From Balneolaceae bacterium (lineage in GTDB: Bacteria > Bacteroidota > Rhodothermia > Balneolales > Balneolaceae): a DNA stretch of 64,000 nt. The DNA is taken from the NCBI GenBank assembly GCA_017643365.1, contig JAEPNO010000004.1, forward strand, positions 77,085 to 141,084, read 5' to 3'. Below, piece by piece: positions 36,942-45,378 of the stretch; position 1 is the stretch's first letter; every line of letters begins with the position of its first letter. Made by a program: the position numbers and the translations under genes. The notes beneath the pieces were generated by a model. It was not told where the DNA came from. It made no database searches and saw only the letters and a list, made by a program, of their open reading frames with translations.

Positions 36942-38780
36942 ATGCATCTAAAAAAATTATTACTACTTGCCGGCGTGTTAGTGTTAGCTAATTCTGCCAT
37001 TTTAACTGCTCAATCAAACATGGTTCGAGTTGGAGTTTCGCAGTCAGATTCGCTCTATCTGAACATCGTTATTCCGGAAACTGATACAGTTCAATACAGT
37101 TATTCGCGCTATAGAATTGGTGCCAATACGCATCCAAATGCAAAAGCTTATGTAAACGGAAAGGAAGTGAAAGTGTACGAAACCGGGGCTTTTATCGACA
37201 TGATTGAGCACACTGATGATTCTACGGATATTCACATCCGGGTTGCCATGAATGGGGAGGAGCTGAATTATCATGCAATGTTAGTTCGGCCAACTAGCGA
37301 AATGCCTGAATTTTATGGAAAGGTGATTTCAAATCTGAACATGAAACCCGACAGTGATTTATGGCTTACCGCCGGCGAGCTTCTTGAGGTACAATTTGTG
37401 GGCACTCCCGGTGAATCAGTAGTATTTAATATCGATGGGTTTAAGCGAAATATTCCGATGCAGGAAGTACCTGAAGAAGAAGCAGGATATGCAGGTTTGT
37501 ATCGTGGATATTATAAAGTGTTGGATAGCGACTTGGTGTACAATCAGTTCATTACTTTTAAGATGAAGAAAGGATTGTTCGGCTACGAAAAAGTTAAAAG
37601 CGAACACACCGTTACATTCAATGGTACTCCTCGTGTAGCTGAAGTTGTGGTTGATGATGCCTATCTAAATATCGGGATGGGAACCGATCGATTAGGTGGT
37701 GCTAGGTATGGTTATCTGGAAAAAGGAGTTTTGCTCAATATCGACGGACAGAAAAAGGGAAATTATCGCGTTCGGCTATCGGAAAAACTAAGTGCGTGGA
37801 TACCAATGCGTTTTGTGGAATTAAAGCAGGATCGTCGCCAACCGGTGAGCTCTTTAACGGGTAACATCCGAGTTTCGGGTAGATTTGAATCGGATCTAAT
37901 CCGTGTATCACTTTCCGAAAAACTGCCATATATCACTTGGCAGGATATCAACCCGAATATGATTTATGTGGATATTTTTGGGGCAACTTCGAACACGAAT
38001 TGGAAAATTAAGCACAAAAGTAGCGAAGGGATTAAAAAAGTAAATTGGGTTCAGGTTGAGGATCACCGTTTTCGACTGGAAATTGAACTTAATCACAGCC
38101 AAAACTGGGGATATTCGGTGGGATATGGCTGGGGATCTCAAATGAATATTGAAATCAATCGACCACCCGTAATTACGAATCCGTTGAATCCACTTGCTGG
38201 TCGTGTTATTTCTGTTGATGCCGGTCATGGTGGAGATAATCGTGGTTCTTTGGGTGCAGGAGGTTTTGTTGAGAAAGATGTAACCCTTCAAATTTCGATG
38301 ATTTTAAAAGACATGCTGGAAGCAGAGGGCGCAGAAGTGGTTCTTCCGAGAACCGATGATAGCTATGTGTACATGAGCGAACGTCGAGAAATGACGCTGG
38401 ACGCCGGCGCCGATTTACTGGTTAGCATCCACACCAATTCGATAGGATACGGTAGTAATCCGTTGGATATTCGAGGAACTGGGTCATTTTACAAGCACAT
38501 TGCTTTCAAGCCCTTAGCGGAAATTATGTACGATAAGATGCTTGAGCTTGGCCTGGCTGACTACGGCCTTACGGGATCTTTTAACTTCACCTTAAATGCC
38601 CCGATTGAATTCCCGAATGTATTAGTGGAAACAGCGTTTATTTCAAATCCTGAGGAAGAAATTCTACTCATCGATCCTGAGTTTCAGCACCGCATGGCCA
38701 TGCAAATAGTTGAAGGTCTTAAAGAGTTCTATCTAAAACATGGCACGATAGAATCGCTATCAGAAATGCCGGATAAGTAG
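36942..38780 (+). CDS. N-acetylmuramoyl-L-alanine amidase (Amidase_3 C-terminal domain) with a large beta-rich N-terminal region
   Basis: The ATG at 36942 gives the signal peptide MHLKKLLLLAGVLVLANSAILTAQ. The C-terminal domain reads ISVDAGHGG...DLLVSIHTNS...VLVETAFISNPEEE. Confidence 0.8.
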   Translation: MHLKKLLLLAGVLVLANSAILTAQSNMVRVGVSQSDSLYLNIVIPETDTVQYSYSRYRIGANTHPNAKAYVNGKEVKVYETGAFIDMIEHTDDSTDIHIRVAMNGEELNYHAMLVRPTSEMPEFYGKVISNLNMKPDSDLWLTAGELLEVQFVGTPGESVVFNIDGFKRNIPMQEVPEEEAGYAGLYRGYYKVLDSDLVYNQFITFKMKKGLFGYEKVKSEHTVTFNGTPRVAEVVVDDAYLNIGMGTDRLGGARYGYLEKGVLLNIDGQKKGNYRVRLSEKLSAWIPMRFVELKQDRRQPVSSLTGNIRVSGRFESDLIRVSLSEKLPYITWQDINPNMIYVDIFGATSNTNWKIKHKSSEGIKKVNWVQVEDHRFRLEIELNHSQNWGYSVGYGWGSQMNIEINRPPVITNPLNPLAGRVISVDAGHGGDNRGSLGAGGFVEKDVTLQISMILKDMLEAEGAEVVLPRTDDSYVYMSERREMTLDAGADLLVSIHTNSIGYGSNPLDIRGTGSFYKHIAFKPLAEIMYDKMLELGLADYGLTGSFNFTLNAPIEFPNVLVETAFISNPEEEILLIDPEFQHRMAMQIVEGLKEFYLKHGTIESLSEMPDK

Positions 38781-38792
38781 TTTTTTTCTTCT

Positions 38793-38825
38793 AACCTTTC
38801 CAGGTTTTTAAACCCTGGAAAGGTT
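38793..38825. repeat. Nested palindromic intergenic repeat, copy at the left edge of the metal block
   Basis: AACCTTTCCAGGTT-TTTA-AACCCTGGAAAGGTT pairs over 14 of 15 arm positions. A degenerate unit follows at about 38845-38860. Confidence 0.8.
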
Positions 38826-38903
38826 GGCGGAGAAGATTGTTAAGAACCCTGTAAAGATTGGGGGGGGGAAATTCTAGCACCCTAAATCGTTAAAATTTTG
38901 GGA

Positions 38904-40103
38904 TTAGTACATCAAGAACAGGATAATCCCAACTAAGTTTACTCCAATAAAGGTGTAGACAACACCTCGTTTAATGGGACCACTACCTTCCATATCCATC
39001 ATTTTCATGGTGTTTTCTTTCAGATATTGGCGGTTTTGCCAACTCAACCATCCTGCAATTACAACAAATACGAGGTTCATCCAAAAGGTGTAATCAATTT
39101 TAAACCGGGTAATTTCTGACACTACGCGCTCTGTTTCGGGGATGATATCCAGCCAACCGAATATACCATTCAGGATTAATGCTGTTAACACAATACTTAT
39201 ATACATAACGCCGGCAATATAAAGCGCTACACGCCATCCGTAGTATTTCGCATTGATGCTAACCAATGGTGGAACCATCAAATCGGAATAAATAAAGCCC
39301 ATTATTCCAGCAAATAAAACGCCATTACTTTGCAAAACAGTAGCCAATGGGATGTTTCCCATCGAACCAATAAAGGTTGATGCAGCCACAAAAGGTGCCA
39401 CCAAAGCGTTTTCTAAAGTGACTAGCCAATCGGGGAGATGTGTGGCATCCACTAAAAAGAGAGCTGCCCAGAAATCCTCTGGCACTAACACAGCTACAAA
39501 TCCGGCAATCGTAAAACCGATAAGAATATCTTCCCAAGCCATTTTCCAGTCGTTTACGAATTTATGGCCCACCAGCTGCCAGCCTTCTTTACTTTTAATC
39601 CGCTCTTTCCAGTTGAAGTCATCACTCATTTCCTCACCTTCATCTTCAACTTTTTCGCGAGCGGCGTTCATCCACTTTTTAGGATAAGTAAATTTGATAA
39701 TTACACTACTTATGGCGATCAAAACTAAGCCACCGACGATTTCAGCCGCCAGAAACTGCCAGCCCAAAAAAATCATAATAAGAATACCGAGCTCAATCAC
39801 CAGATTGGTGGATGCAAACATGAACGCTACAGCAGCTATAAAATGAGCTCCTTTTTTTACCAGAGCCCGTGCTGCGGCCAATGCTGCAAACGAACATGAA
39901 GACGATGCAGATCCAAAAAGGGTACTCAAAGAGATACTTTTGAAGTCTGCCTCACCCATGTATTTGGTCATACTGCCTTTTGGTACAAAGGCCTGTATCA
40001 TCCCGGAAACAAAATAGCCCAGTATAAATGCCCAGCCGGATTTCCAAAAGAAACCCAAAGCTGTTTTAGCGGATTCAGAATAGAGTTCTAAGAATTCATT
40101 CAT
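38904..40103 (-). CDS. DUF318/UPF0718-type predicted permease
   Basis: 399-aa polytopic protein with the ...GSASSSCSFAALAAARAL... motif typical of this permease family. It is the last gene of the metal operon. Confidence 0.7.
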   Translation of the reverse strand: MNEFLELYSESAKTALGFFWKSGWAFILGYFVSGMIQAFVPKGSMTKYMGEADFKSISLSTLFGSASSSCSFAALAAARALVKKGAHFIAAVAFMFASTNLVIELGILIMIFLGWQFLAAEIVGGLVLIAISSVIIKFTYPKKWMNAAREKVEDEGEEMSDDFNWKERIKSKEGWQLVGHKFVNDWKMAWEDILIGFTIAGFVAVLVPEDFWAALFLVDATHLPDWLVTLENALVAPFVAASTFIGSMGNIPLATVLQSNGVLFAGIMGFIYSDLMVPPLVSINAKYYGWRVALYIAGVMYISIVLTALILNGIFGWLDIIPETERVVSEITRFKIDYTFWMNLVFVVIAGWLSWQNRQYLKENTMKMMDMEGSGPIKRGVVYTFIGVNLVGIILFLMY

Positions 40104-40147
40104 AAATTTAAAATTTAAACTATGAACTTATACTAAGGCATTTAAAA

Positions 40148-40627
40148 TTAGTTCCTTATAGTTCTGCTTGAGCCGTGGTTTTGAATGATTTTCCATTCAC
40201 CATCAAAGTTTTTTAGTACAGATGTGGCTACTCCTTGACGTTCAACTATACGAGGTTCCTCATCATCTAAAACGATCTTGTAGGTGTACGTTTCATGAGC
40301 TACGGCCATATCACCTTCTAAGCGAATGCTTACTTCGTAATTATTAAAACTGAATTCTTTAAAATGACCTAATTCTGGCCCAATGTGATTATCCAAATAA
40401 TCCTGATAAGTGCCTTCAAATTTTCCATTTTCGAAAACGGTCGCATCCTCAGCAAATAGGTGTTGAGTATTGCTCACATCCAAATTTTCAAGTGCCGATT
40501 TGTAAGCTTTAAGTACTTCTTTTACTGCATTTTCTTTCATCATGGCTTCATGGTCGTGATCCATGTTTTGAGCAATAAGTGAAGTTGAGAAGAAGATCAA
40601 AGTGATAGTAAATAGTAAGTTTTTCAT
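40148..40627 (-). CDS. Secreted SnoaL/NTF2-like (DUF4440-like) protein with an N-terminal His/Met motif
   Basis: Signal peptide ...SLIAQ, followed by NMDHDHEAMM. The rest has NTF2-like length and pattern. Confidence 0.55.
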   Translation of the reverse strand: MKNLLFTITLIFFSTSLIAQNMDHDHEAMMKENAVKEVLKAYKSALENLDVSNTQHLFAEDATVFENGKFEGTYQDYLDNHIGPELGHFKEFSFNNYEVSIRLEGDMAVAHETYTYKIVLDDEEPRIVERQGVATSVLKNFDGEWKIIQNHGSSRTIRN

Positions 40628-40653
40628 ACTTGTATTAGGTTAGGTTTTCGAGT

Positions 40654-41724
40654 TTAAAGTTGAGTTAATTCTATTTTATCGATGAGAATAGTGCCATTAC
40701 CTTCAATTAGGAGACCAACAGCGCCGGGGTTAGGGGCATCACCGTGGCCATGTACCACCATTTCTTGATTGATGTATCCTCTGAAATGAGTTCCATCGCC
40801 AACTACTCGGATGAAGAGCACTCCGGTTTGATAGGTTGATGAAGATTCGAAAATGGTGTCATTGCCATTAATTACTCTGCCTTGAATAACAGTTCTATCA
40901 GAATCTATCGAGACATAGTCATAATTGTCCATATCAACGAAATGATGCATCAATTTGACGGAACCAGACAAATCATCCATGTTTAGATATGCATCCAATT
41001 GGATGTTTTGATAACTGGAGTGAGTCACAAATGAATTGATGGCATCCTTTAAGCTAAGTTGCAGCAGATGATTTTGATTGGATTGCAAAGTGATAGGAGA
41101 GAGATCACTCACAGAACCTGAAACCCAATGAAAATTTTGAAGTAACTCAGAAACACCGTTTTTGCTAATCGTCCATTTCCATTTGTCATTTGTGTCATAA
41201 ATAAATGACGAAGAACTTGATGTAACGAGACTATCAGTACTCAGCGATTCTTCAAGCTCATTCGACAGAAGCTGACCGGTTCCTGCTCCATATCCATAAA
41301 CCATTTTGCCACCATACTCTCCAGTTTCATACAAAAAGAAAAGTCCCGGTAGTGCTAAAAAGACCATCACTACTTTGATAGCTTTCCGATTAATTAAATC
41401 GAATCTATGTAGAATTACTCTCAGCACACTATAAAGCCCAAAAAACCAGACTGTCCAAAGTGCCCAATCGGCATGTTCGGTTAAAACGGTTTGAGCTTCG
41501 GTAACTAAGAAAATAGAGTCCGCAGCTGATTTCCCTGTGTAGAATACTGCAATAGCACTGATCGAGGCTAAAATATAGAGTAGTGTGTTTTTTTGTTCAT
41601 CCCACCATTTTTCAGACACAAAAAGCGAGGCTATACTCATTCCAAAGGCTAGAATTATTAATGCAATTGGAAAATGAATAACTAGCGGGTGAATATTGGG
41701 AGCCCATTCAGGTAGAAATTCCAT
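40654..41724 (-). CDS. DUF2231-like membrane domain fused to a beta-sandwich (DUF1080/LamG-like) domain
   Basis: The N-terminal WAPNIHPLVIHFPIALI plus 4 TM segments is DUF2231-like. The C-terminal ~190 aa are beta-rich and end ...GAVGLLIEGNGTILIDKIELTQL. Confidence 0.55.
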   Translation of the reverse strand: MEFLPEWAPNIHPLVIHFPIALIILAFGMSIASLFVSEKWWDEQKNTLLYILASISAIAVFYTGKSAADSIFLVTEAQTVLTEHADWALWTVWFFGLYSVLRVILHRFDLINRKAIKVVMVFLALPGLFFLYETGEYGGKMVYGYGAGTGQLLSNELEESLSTDSLVTSSSSSFIYDTNDKWKWTISKNGVSELLQNFHWVSGSVSDLSPITLQSNQNHLLQLSLKDAINSFVTHSSYQNIQLDAYLNMDDLSGSVKLMHHFVDMDNYDYVSIDSDRTVIQGRVINGNDTIFESSSTYQTGVLFIRVVGDGTHFRGYINQEMVVHGHGDAPNPGAVGLLIEGNGTILIDKIELTQL

Positions 41725-41760
41725 AGTATTTGATATTTAAATTAATCAGTTAGTAATAGA

Positions 41761-42276
41761 TTAGTCGATCTTCTCAACCGTTTCGCCACATTTGTGCATC
41801 ATCTGCCCGTAAAATGGGTTGGCAATTTTCTCTTCGTTACTGATCCATTTCGCACCTTTTCCGTTGTTGGCCATTGGACAAAACTGCACATACAACGAAG
41901 GATGCTCGTAATTTTGATTTTCAAGCGCTGTTAATAATTCTTTGGAGAGATCGGCAAAAACAACACGGAAATCTGCAATCGTTTCAGCACTATCAGCCTT
42001 TGAAACTGCGGTGAGCATCATGCCATGATGGTTTTGATGTTTCGCTGCATGCTCTTGATGATTATTCATTTCATCGTTGTTGCGAACTTCCTTGGCAAAC
42101 TTAGTAAAAGCAGTTTTAGCTTGATCAAATTCATCTTGAACGAGGGCGCTTTTCATAACCAAATAATGTTCAACCAACACATCTAGGTGCTTATTATGGC
42201 TATGTGATTCATGTTGAGCATTCGCCGATTGTATTGCAAAAAGTGAAGTAAAGAATAGGATGTATAGAGTTTTCAT
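41761..42276 (-). CDS. DUF3347 domain protein (periplasmic, His-rich)
   Basis: Signal peptide, then HESHSHNKH, NHQEHAAKHQNHHGMM, and a C-terminal YVQFCPMANNGKGAKWISNEEKIANPFYGQMMHKCGE. Confidence 0.7.
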   Translation of the reverse strand: MKTLYILFFTSLFAIQSANAQHESHSHNKHLDVLVEHYLVMKSALVQDEFDQAKTAFTKFAKEVRNNDEMNNHQEHAAKHQNHHGMMLTAVSKADSAETIADFRVVFADLSKELLTALENQNYEHPSLYVQFCPMANNGKGAKWISNEEKIANPFYGQMMHKCGETVEKID

Positions 42277-42293
42277 AAGAAGAAGTATTTAGA

Positions 42294-44087
42294 TTAAAAT
42301 TCAATTTTGGTTATGGTTTCGCCGCAGTTATGCATTTGAGAACCGAAGTACGGGTTGGCAATTTCTTCTTGTTCACTTAACCAATAAGCGCCTTCACCGT
42401 CGTTACTCATTGGGCAAAATTGTTGGTAAAACACGCCGTTTATTTCGAAGTGCTTCACCACTTCAATTAATTTTGGAGAGAGTTTTGAAAATGCAGCTCT
42501 TTGTTTGTCGATTGGGTTACCTGAAATTTCTTTGATGTGAGTGGTTAATTCACTCAGAAACCTCATCCATTCAAGATGAGTGTCTCCTTTAAGTAGAGCC
42601 ATATCTACCTCAGAAAGGCTGTTTAGCATCTCTGTTGCAGAGGCGGAAGCTTGATTGCTGTTAGATTCAACAAAGGCGTCTTTCATCGACAGATAGTGAG
42701 AAACAACATCCTTTAGCTGATTCTTGAATTCTTCCGGAATTGTTGAAGCGTGTTGAGTTTGATGATCGGAATGGTCTTGAGTAGTGCTTGGAGTATTTTC
42801 CGGCATGGCATGCCCTTCGTGACCGCTTCGATTTGCCCCCGAGCCCGGTGTTCGATTCATCATGCTTAATTTATCTGCGAGTTGAGCGGCGCTATCCAGT
42901 TTGAATGTGCCGTTGGTTACCACTCGTTCGCCTTCACCTAAGCCTTCCAAAACTATAAACTGATTGCCAACACGTTCGCCTAATACAACTTCACGAGCGG
43001 TAAAAGTAGGTTCCTCAGTATTTGGCTCTTCTACAAAAACGATCGATCGGGTTCCTGTCCACATAACGGCAGAGCGAGGTATTAACAGCTGCTTTTCTTT
43101 GTTACTCGCTGTTATTACACCTTCAACCAACATATTTGGTTTGAGTTGAAGTGATGGATTTTCAGCTTGAACTCGAATTTCAACGGTTCGGCGAGCATTG
43201 TCTACCATCGGATTGATGTAGTCCACCATTCCGGTGAATGTTCTACCCGGATAAGAAGCGGTGGTGAATTCGATATTCTGACCGTTGCTTATCTTCGCGA
43301 TGTCTTGCTCAAACACATCAAACAGCACCCAAACCGAGGTTAAATCAACAATTTGATACATCAAAGAACCGGCTATCACGTGTTGCTCTCGATCCACAAA
43401 AATGCTCTCAACATAGCCTGAAACGGGCGAAACGATGTCCACACTTTCCATCACTTGCTTACTTTCTTCGATTTCATCAATCGTAGATATCGGCAGCTCC
43501 CAGAGCTCGAGTTTACGTCGCGCCGCATTATAGAGCGTTGGATTCTGATTTTTTACCTTCGCGGTTTCCAGCAATTCCTGCTGCGCAGCCATCAACTCAG
43601 GAGAATATATCGAGGCCATTCGTTGACCTTTTTCCACAAAATCACCCTCAAAATCTACATACAAATCAATTATCCGGCCCTTTAGGTGAGAGGTGACTGA
43701 CGAACTATTATTCCAGTTGATACTCACTTTTCCGGGTAACCGAATTTCCTCGCTTGCAATAGCAGAAATTACAGGAGTTGTTTCGATTTCAGCCAGACCC
43801 ACAGCGGCTTCGCTCAGCACAAGACTGTTCGGGTTTTCACTCACGTTGTTATCATCTGCAGGGATTAAGTCCATTCCACAAATTGGGCAGTTTCCCGGCT
43901 CGTTTTGCCGGATTTGCGGATGCATACTACACGTGTATACAATCTCGCCGGCTTCGTTGGTATGCACTTCAGCAATATGTTCGTCCAGAGATTGAGGTTC
44001 TGATTCCCCACCAAAAAGCCATGCGCCTATAACCACACCGGCTAATCCGAAGATCGCCATCAATAAATAAGAGTACTTTGTATTCAT
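42294..44087 (-). CDS. RND efflux periplasmic adaptor (CusB/CzcB-like) with an N-terminal heavy-metal-binding domain and a C-terminal DUF3347 fusion
   Basis: The ATG at 44087 gives MNTKYSYLLMAIFG.... YTCSMHPQIRQNEPGNCPICGMDL is the metal-binding domain. A membrane-fusion core follows, then a His-rich linker (HEGHAMPEN...DHSDHQTQH) and a tail QQFCPMSNDGEGAYWLSEQEEIANPYFGSQMHNCGE. Confidence 0.85.
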   Translation of the reverse strand: MNTKYSYLLMAIFGLAGVVIGAWLFGGESEPQSLDEHIAEVHTNEAGEIVYTCSMHPQIRQNEPGNCPICGMDLIPADDNNVSENPNSLVLSEAAVGLAEIETTPVISAIASEEIRLPGKVSINWNNSSSVTSHLKGRIIDLYVDFEGDFVEKGQRMASIYSPELMAAQQELLETAKVKNQNPTLYNAARRKLELWELPISTIDEIEESKQVMESVDIVSPVSGYVESIFVDREQHVIAGSLMYQIVDLTSVWVLFDVFEQDIAKISNGQNIEFTTASYPGRTFTGMVDYINPMVDNARRTVEIRVQAENPSLQLKPNMLVEGVITASNKEKQLLIPRSAVMWTGTRSIVFVEEPNTEEPTFTAREVVLGERVGNQFIVLEGLGEGERVVTNGTFKLDSAAQLADKLSMMNRTPGSGANRSGHEGHAMPENTPSTTQDHSDHQTQHASTIPEEFKNQLKDVVSHYLSMKDAFVESNSNQASASATEMLNSLSEVDMALLKGDTHLEWMRFLSELTTHIKEISGNPIDKQRAAFSKLSPKLIEVVKHFEINGVFYQQFCPMSNDGEGAYWLSEQEEIANPYFGSQMHNCGETITKIEF

Positions 44088-44097
44088 GATTGTTGTT

Positions 44098-45378
44098 TTA
44101 GTAATTAATATCCTGCATTGAGACGTTGTTGCTACCGGATAGGTAATCGAGCCGGGCAACCACTTTAAATTGATCGGTTTTAGCTTTTATTCGCTCCAGT
44201 TCATATTCAAAAAGCTTTCGCTGTAATCGAAGTATTTCTTCAAAATCGGAATTATCGGTGGCGTACGATTGGAGCATGATATTTACAGCCTGTTGCACAC
44301 GATAAATTTGTTGTTCGTCGTACAATTCGTACCTGCGTTGTGCATCCCGAAGAGCTCGAATCTCTGCAATTACAGCTTGTTCAAGTTGGTTAGTTCGATC
44401 AGAAATTCGATCGCGACTTGCGGAAAGTGCATACGTTGCTTCTTGAGTTTTCGCTCGGTTTTTTGCTCTGAAAAGAGGCACTTTTATGTTCAGTCGGGCA
44501 ATTACTGCATCTCTTCCGTTATCCGCTAAGGTTGGTACATCGGTTCGTTCTCCGGTGGCAATGTAGTCGAGCCCAACACCAAAACTTGGTTTATTCTGGT
44601 TCGATGCATTCTCCACATCCACTTCTGCTTTCTGCTCTAATAAGCGCAAACGATGAATATCCGGGTTGTTTGAAATTACTTGTTCTCGGATTTCTTTTTC
44701 ACGAGAGCTTATGCCATTTGATTCTTGAAGTGCTTTCGGAACTGTAACTTCTGAATGAAGAGGTGCATTTCGCAGTTTGTTAAAAGCACTCATCACTATT
44801 TCCAGGTCATCTTCAAGCAAAGCGATGTTAGTTTTTAAATCTTCTTGCTCGATCTGAGCACGCAACACATCAACCTGAGGTACGAGTCCGGTTTCGTATT
44901 TTCGAAGACTCACGTTCACCAGCGTGTTTACGATCTCCAGGTTTTCTTTTGCTAATCGGATTTTCTCAGTGGCTTCAAATAGCTCTGCCCAAAGGACTTC
45001 CATTTGGTAAAAAAGCTGATTTCTGGTTTCACGGAAATGCTCAAATTTCGCCTTCGCTGCAAGTAAGCGACCTGATACATTTTGTTTACGAGTGCCAAAC
45101 CAAGGCAACATTTGTGTTACTGAAATCCGAGCCTGTTGGGGTCCCAATCTAGTTTCAACCGGACGAACGAACCATGCGAAGCTCAGCTCGGGATCGGGTA
45201 GGGCTCCAACTTGCGGAACTTGTTCTAAGGCAGACAAATACTCAAAATACACCGCCCGTAATTGTGGATTATTTTGAGCAGCTTCGATCTTATAATCATC
45301 AAGATTTTGAGCAAATCCCGTTTGAACGAAGACTCCCACCCATAAAACCGATGAGATAATTTTTAGTTTGATGTTCAT
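44098..45378 (-). CDS. TolC-family outer-membrane efflux protein
   Basis: 426 aa with a signal peptide and paired coiled-coil repeats. Its start forms an ATGA overlap with the pump gene's stop. Confidence 0.8.
   Translation of the reverse strand: MNIKLKIISSVLWVGVFVQTGFAQNLDDYKIEAAQNNPQLRAVYFEYLSALEQVPQVGALPDPELSFAWFVRPVETRLGPQQARISVTQMLPWFGTRKQNVSGRLLAAKAKFEHFRETRNQLFYQMEVLWAELFEATEKIRLAKENLEIVNTLVNVSLRKYETGLVPQVDVLRAQIEQEDLKTNIALLEDDLEIVMSAFNKLRNAPLHSEVTVPKALQESNGISSREKEIREQVISNNPDIHRLRLLEQKAEVDVENASNQNKPSFGVGLDYIATGERTDVPTLADNGRDAVIARLNIKVPLFRAKNRAKTQEATYALSASRDRISDRTNQLEQAVIAEIRALRDAQRRYELYDEQQIYRVQQAVNIMLQSYATDNSDFEEILRLQRKLFEYELERIKAKTDQFKVVARLDYLSGSNNVSMQDINY

Noticed and set aside
38860-38868. 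A G9 homopolymer tract, unusual in an AT-rich genome, as a possible phase-variation switch.
   Set aside because: It lies between the 3' ends of two convergent genes. It is not in a promoter or coding region, so slippage would have no obvious regulatory target.
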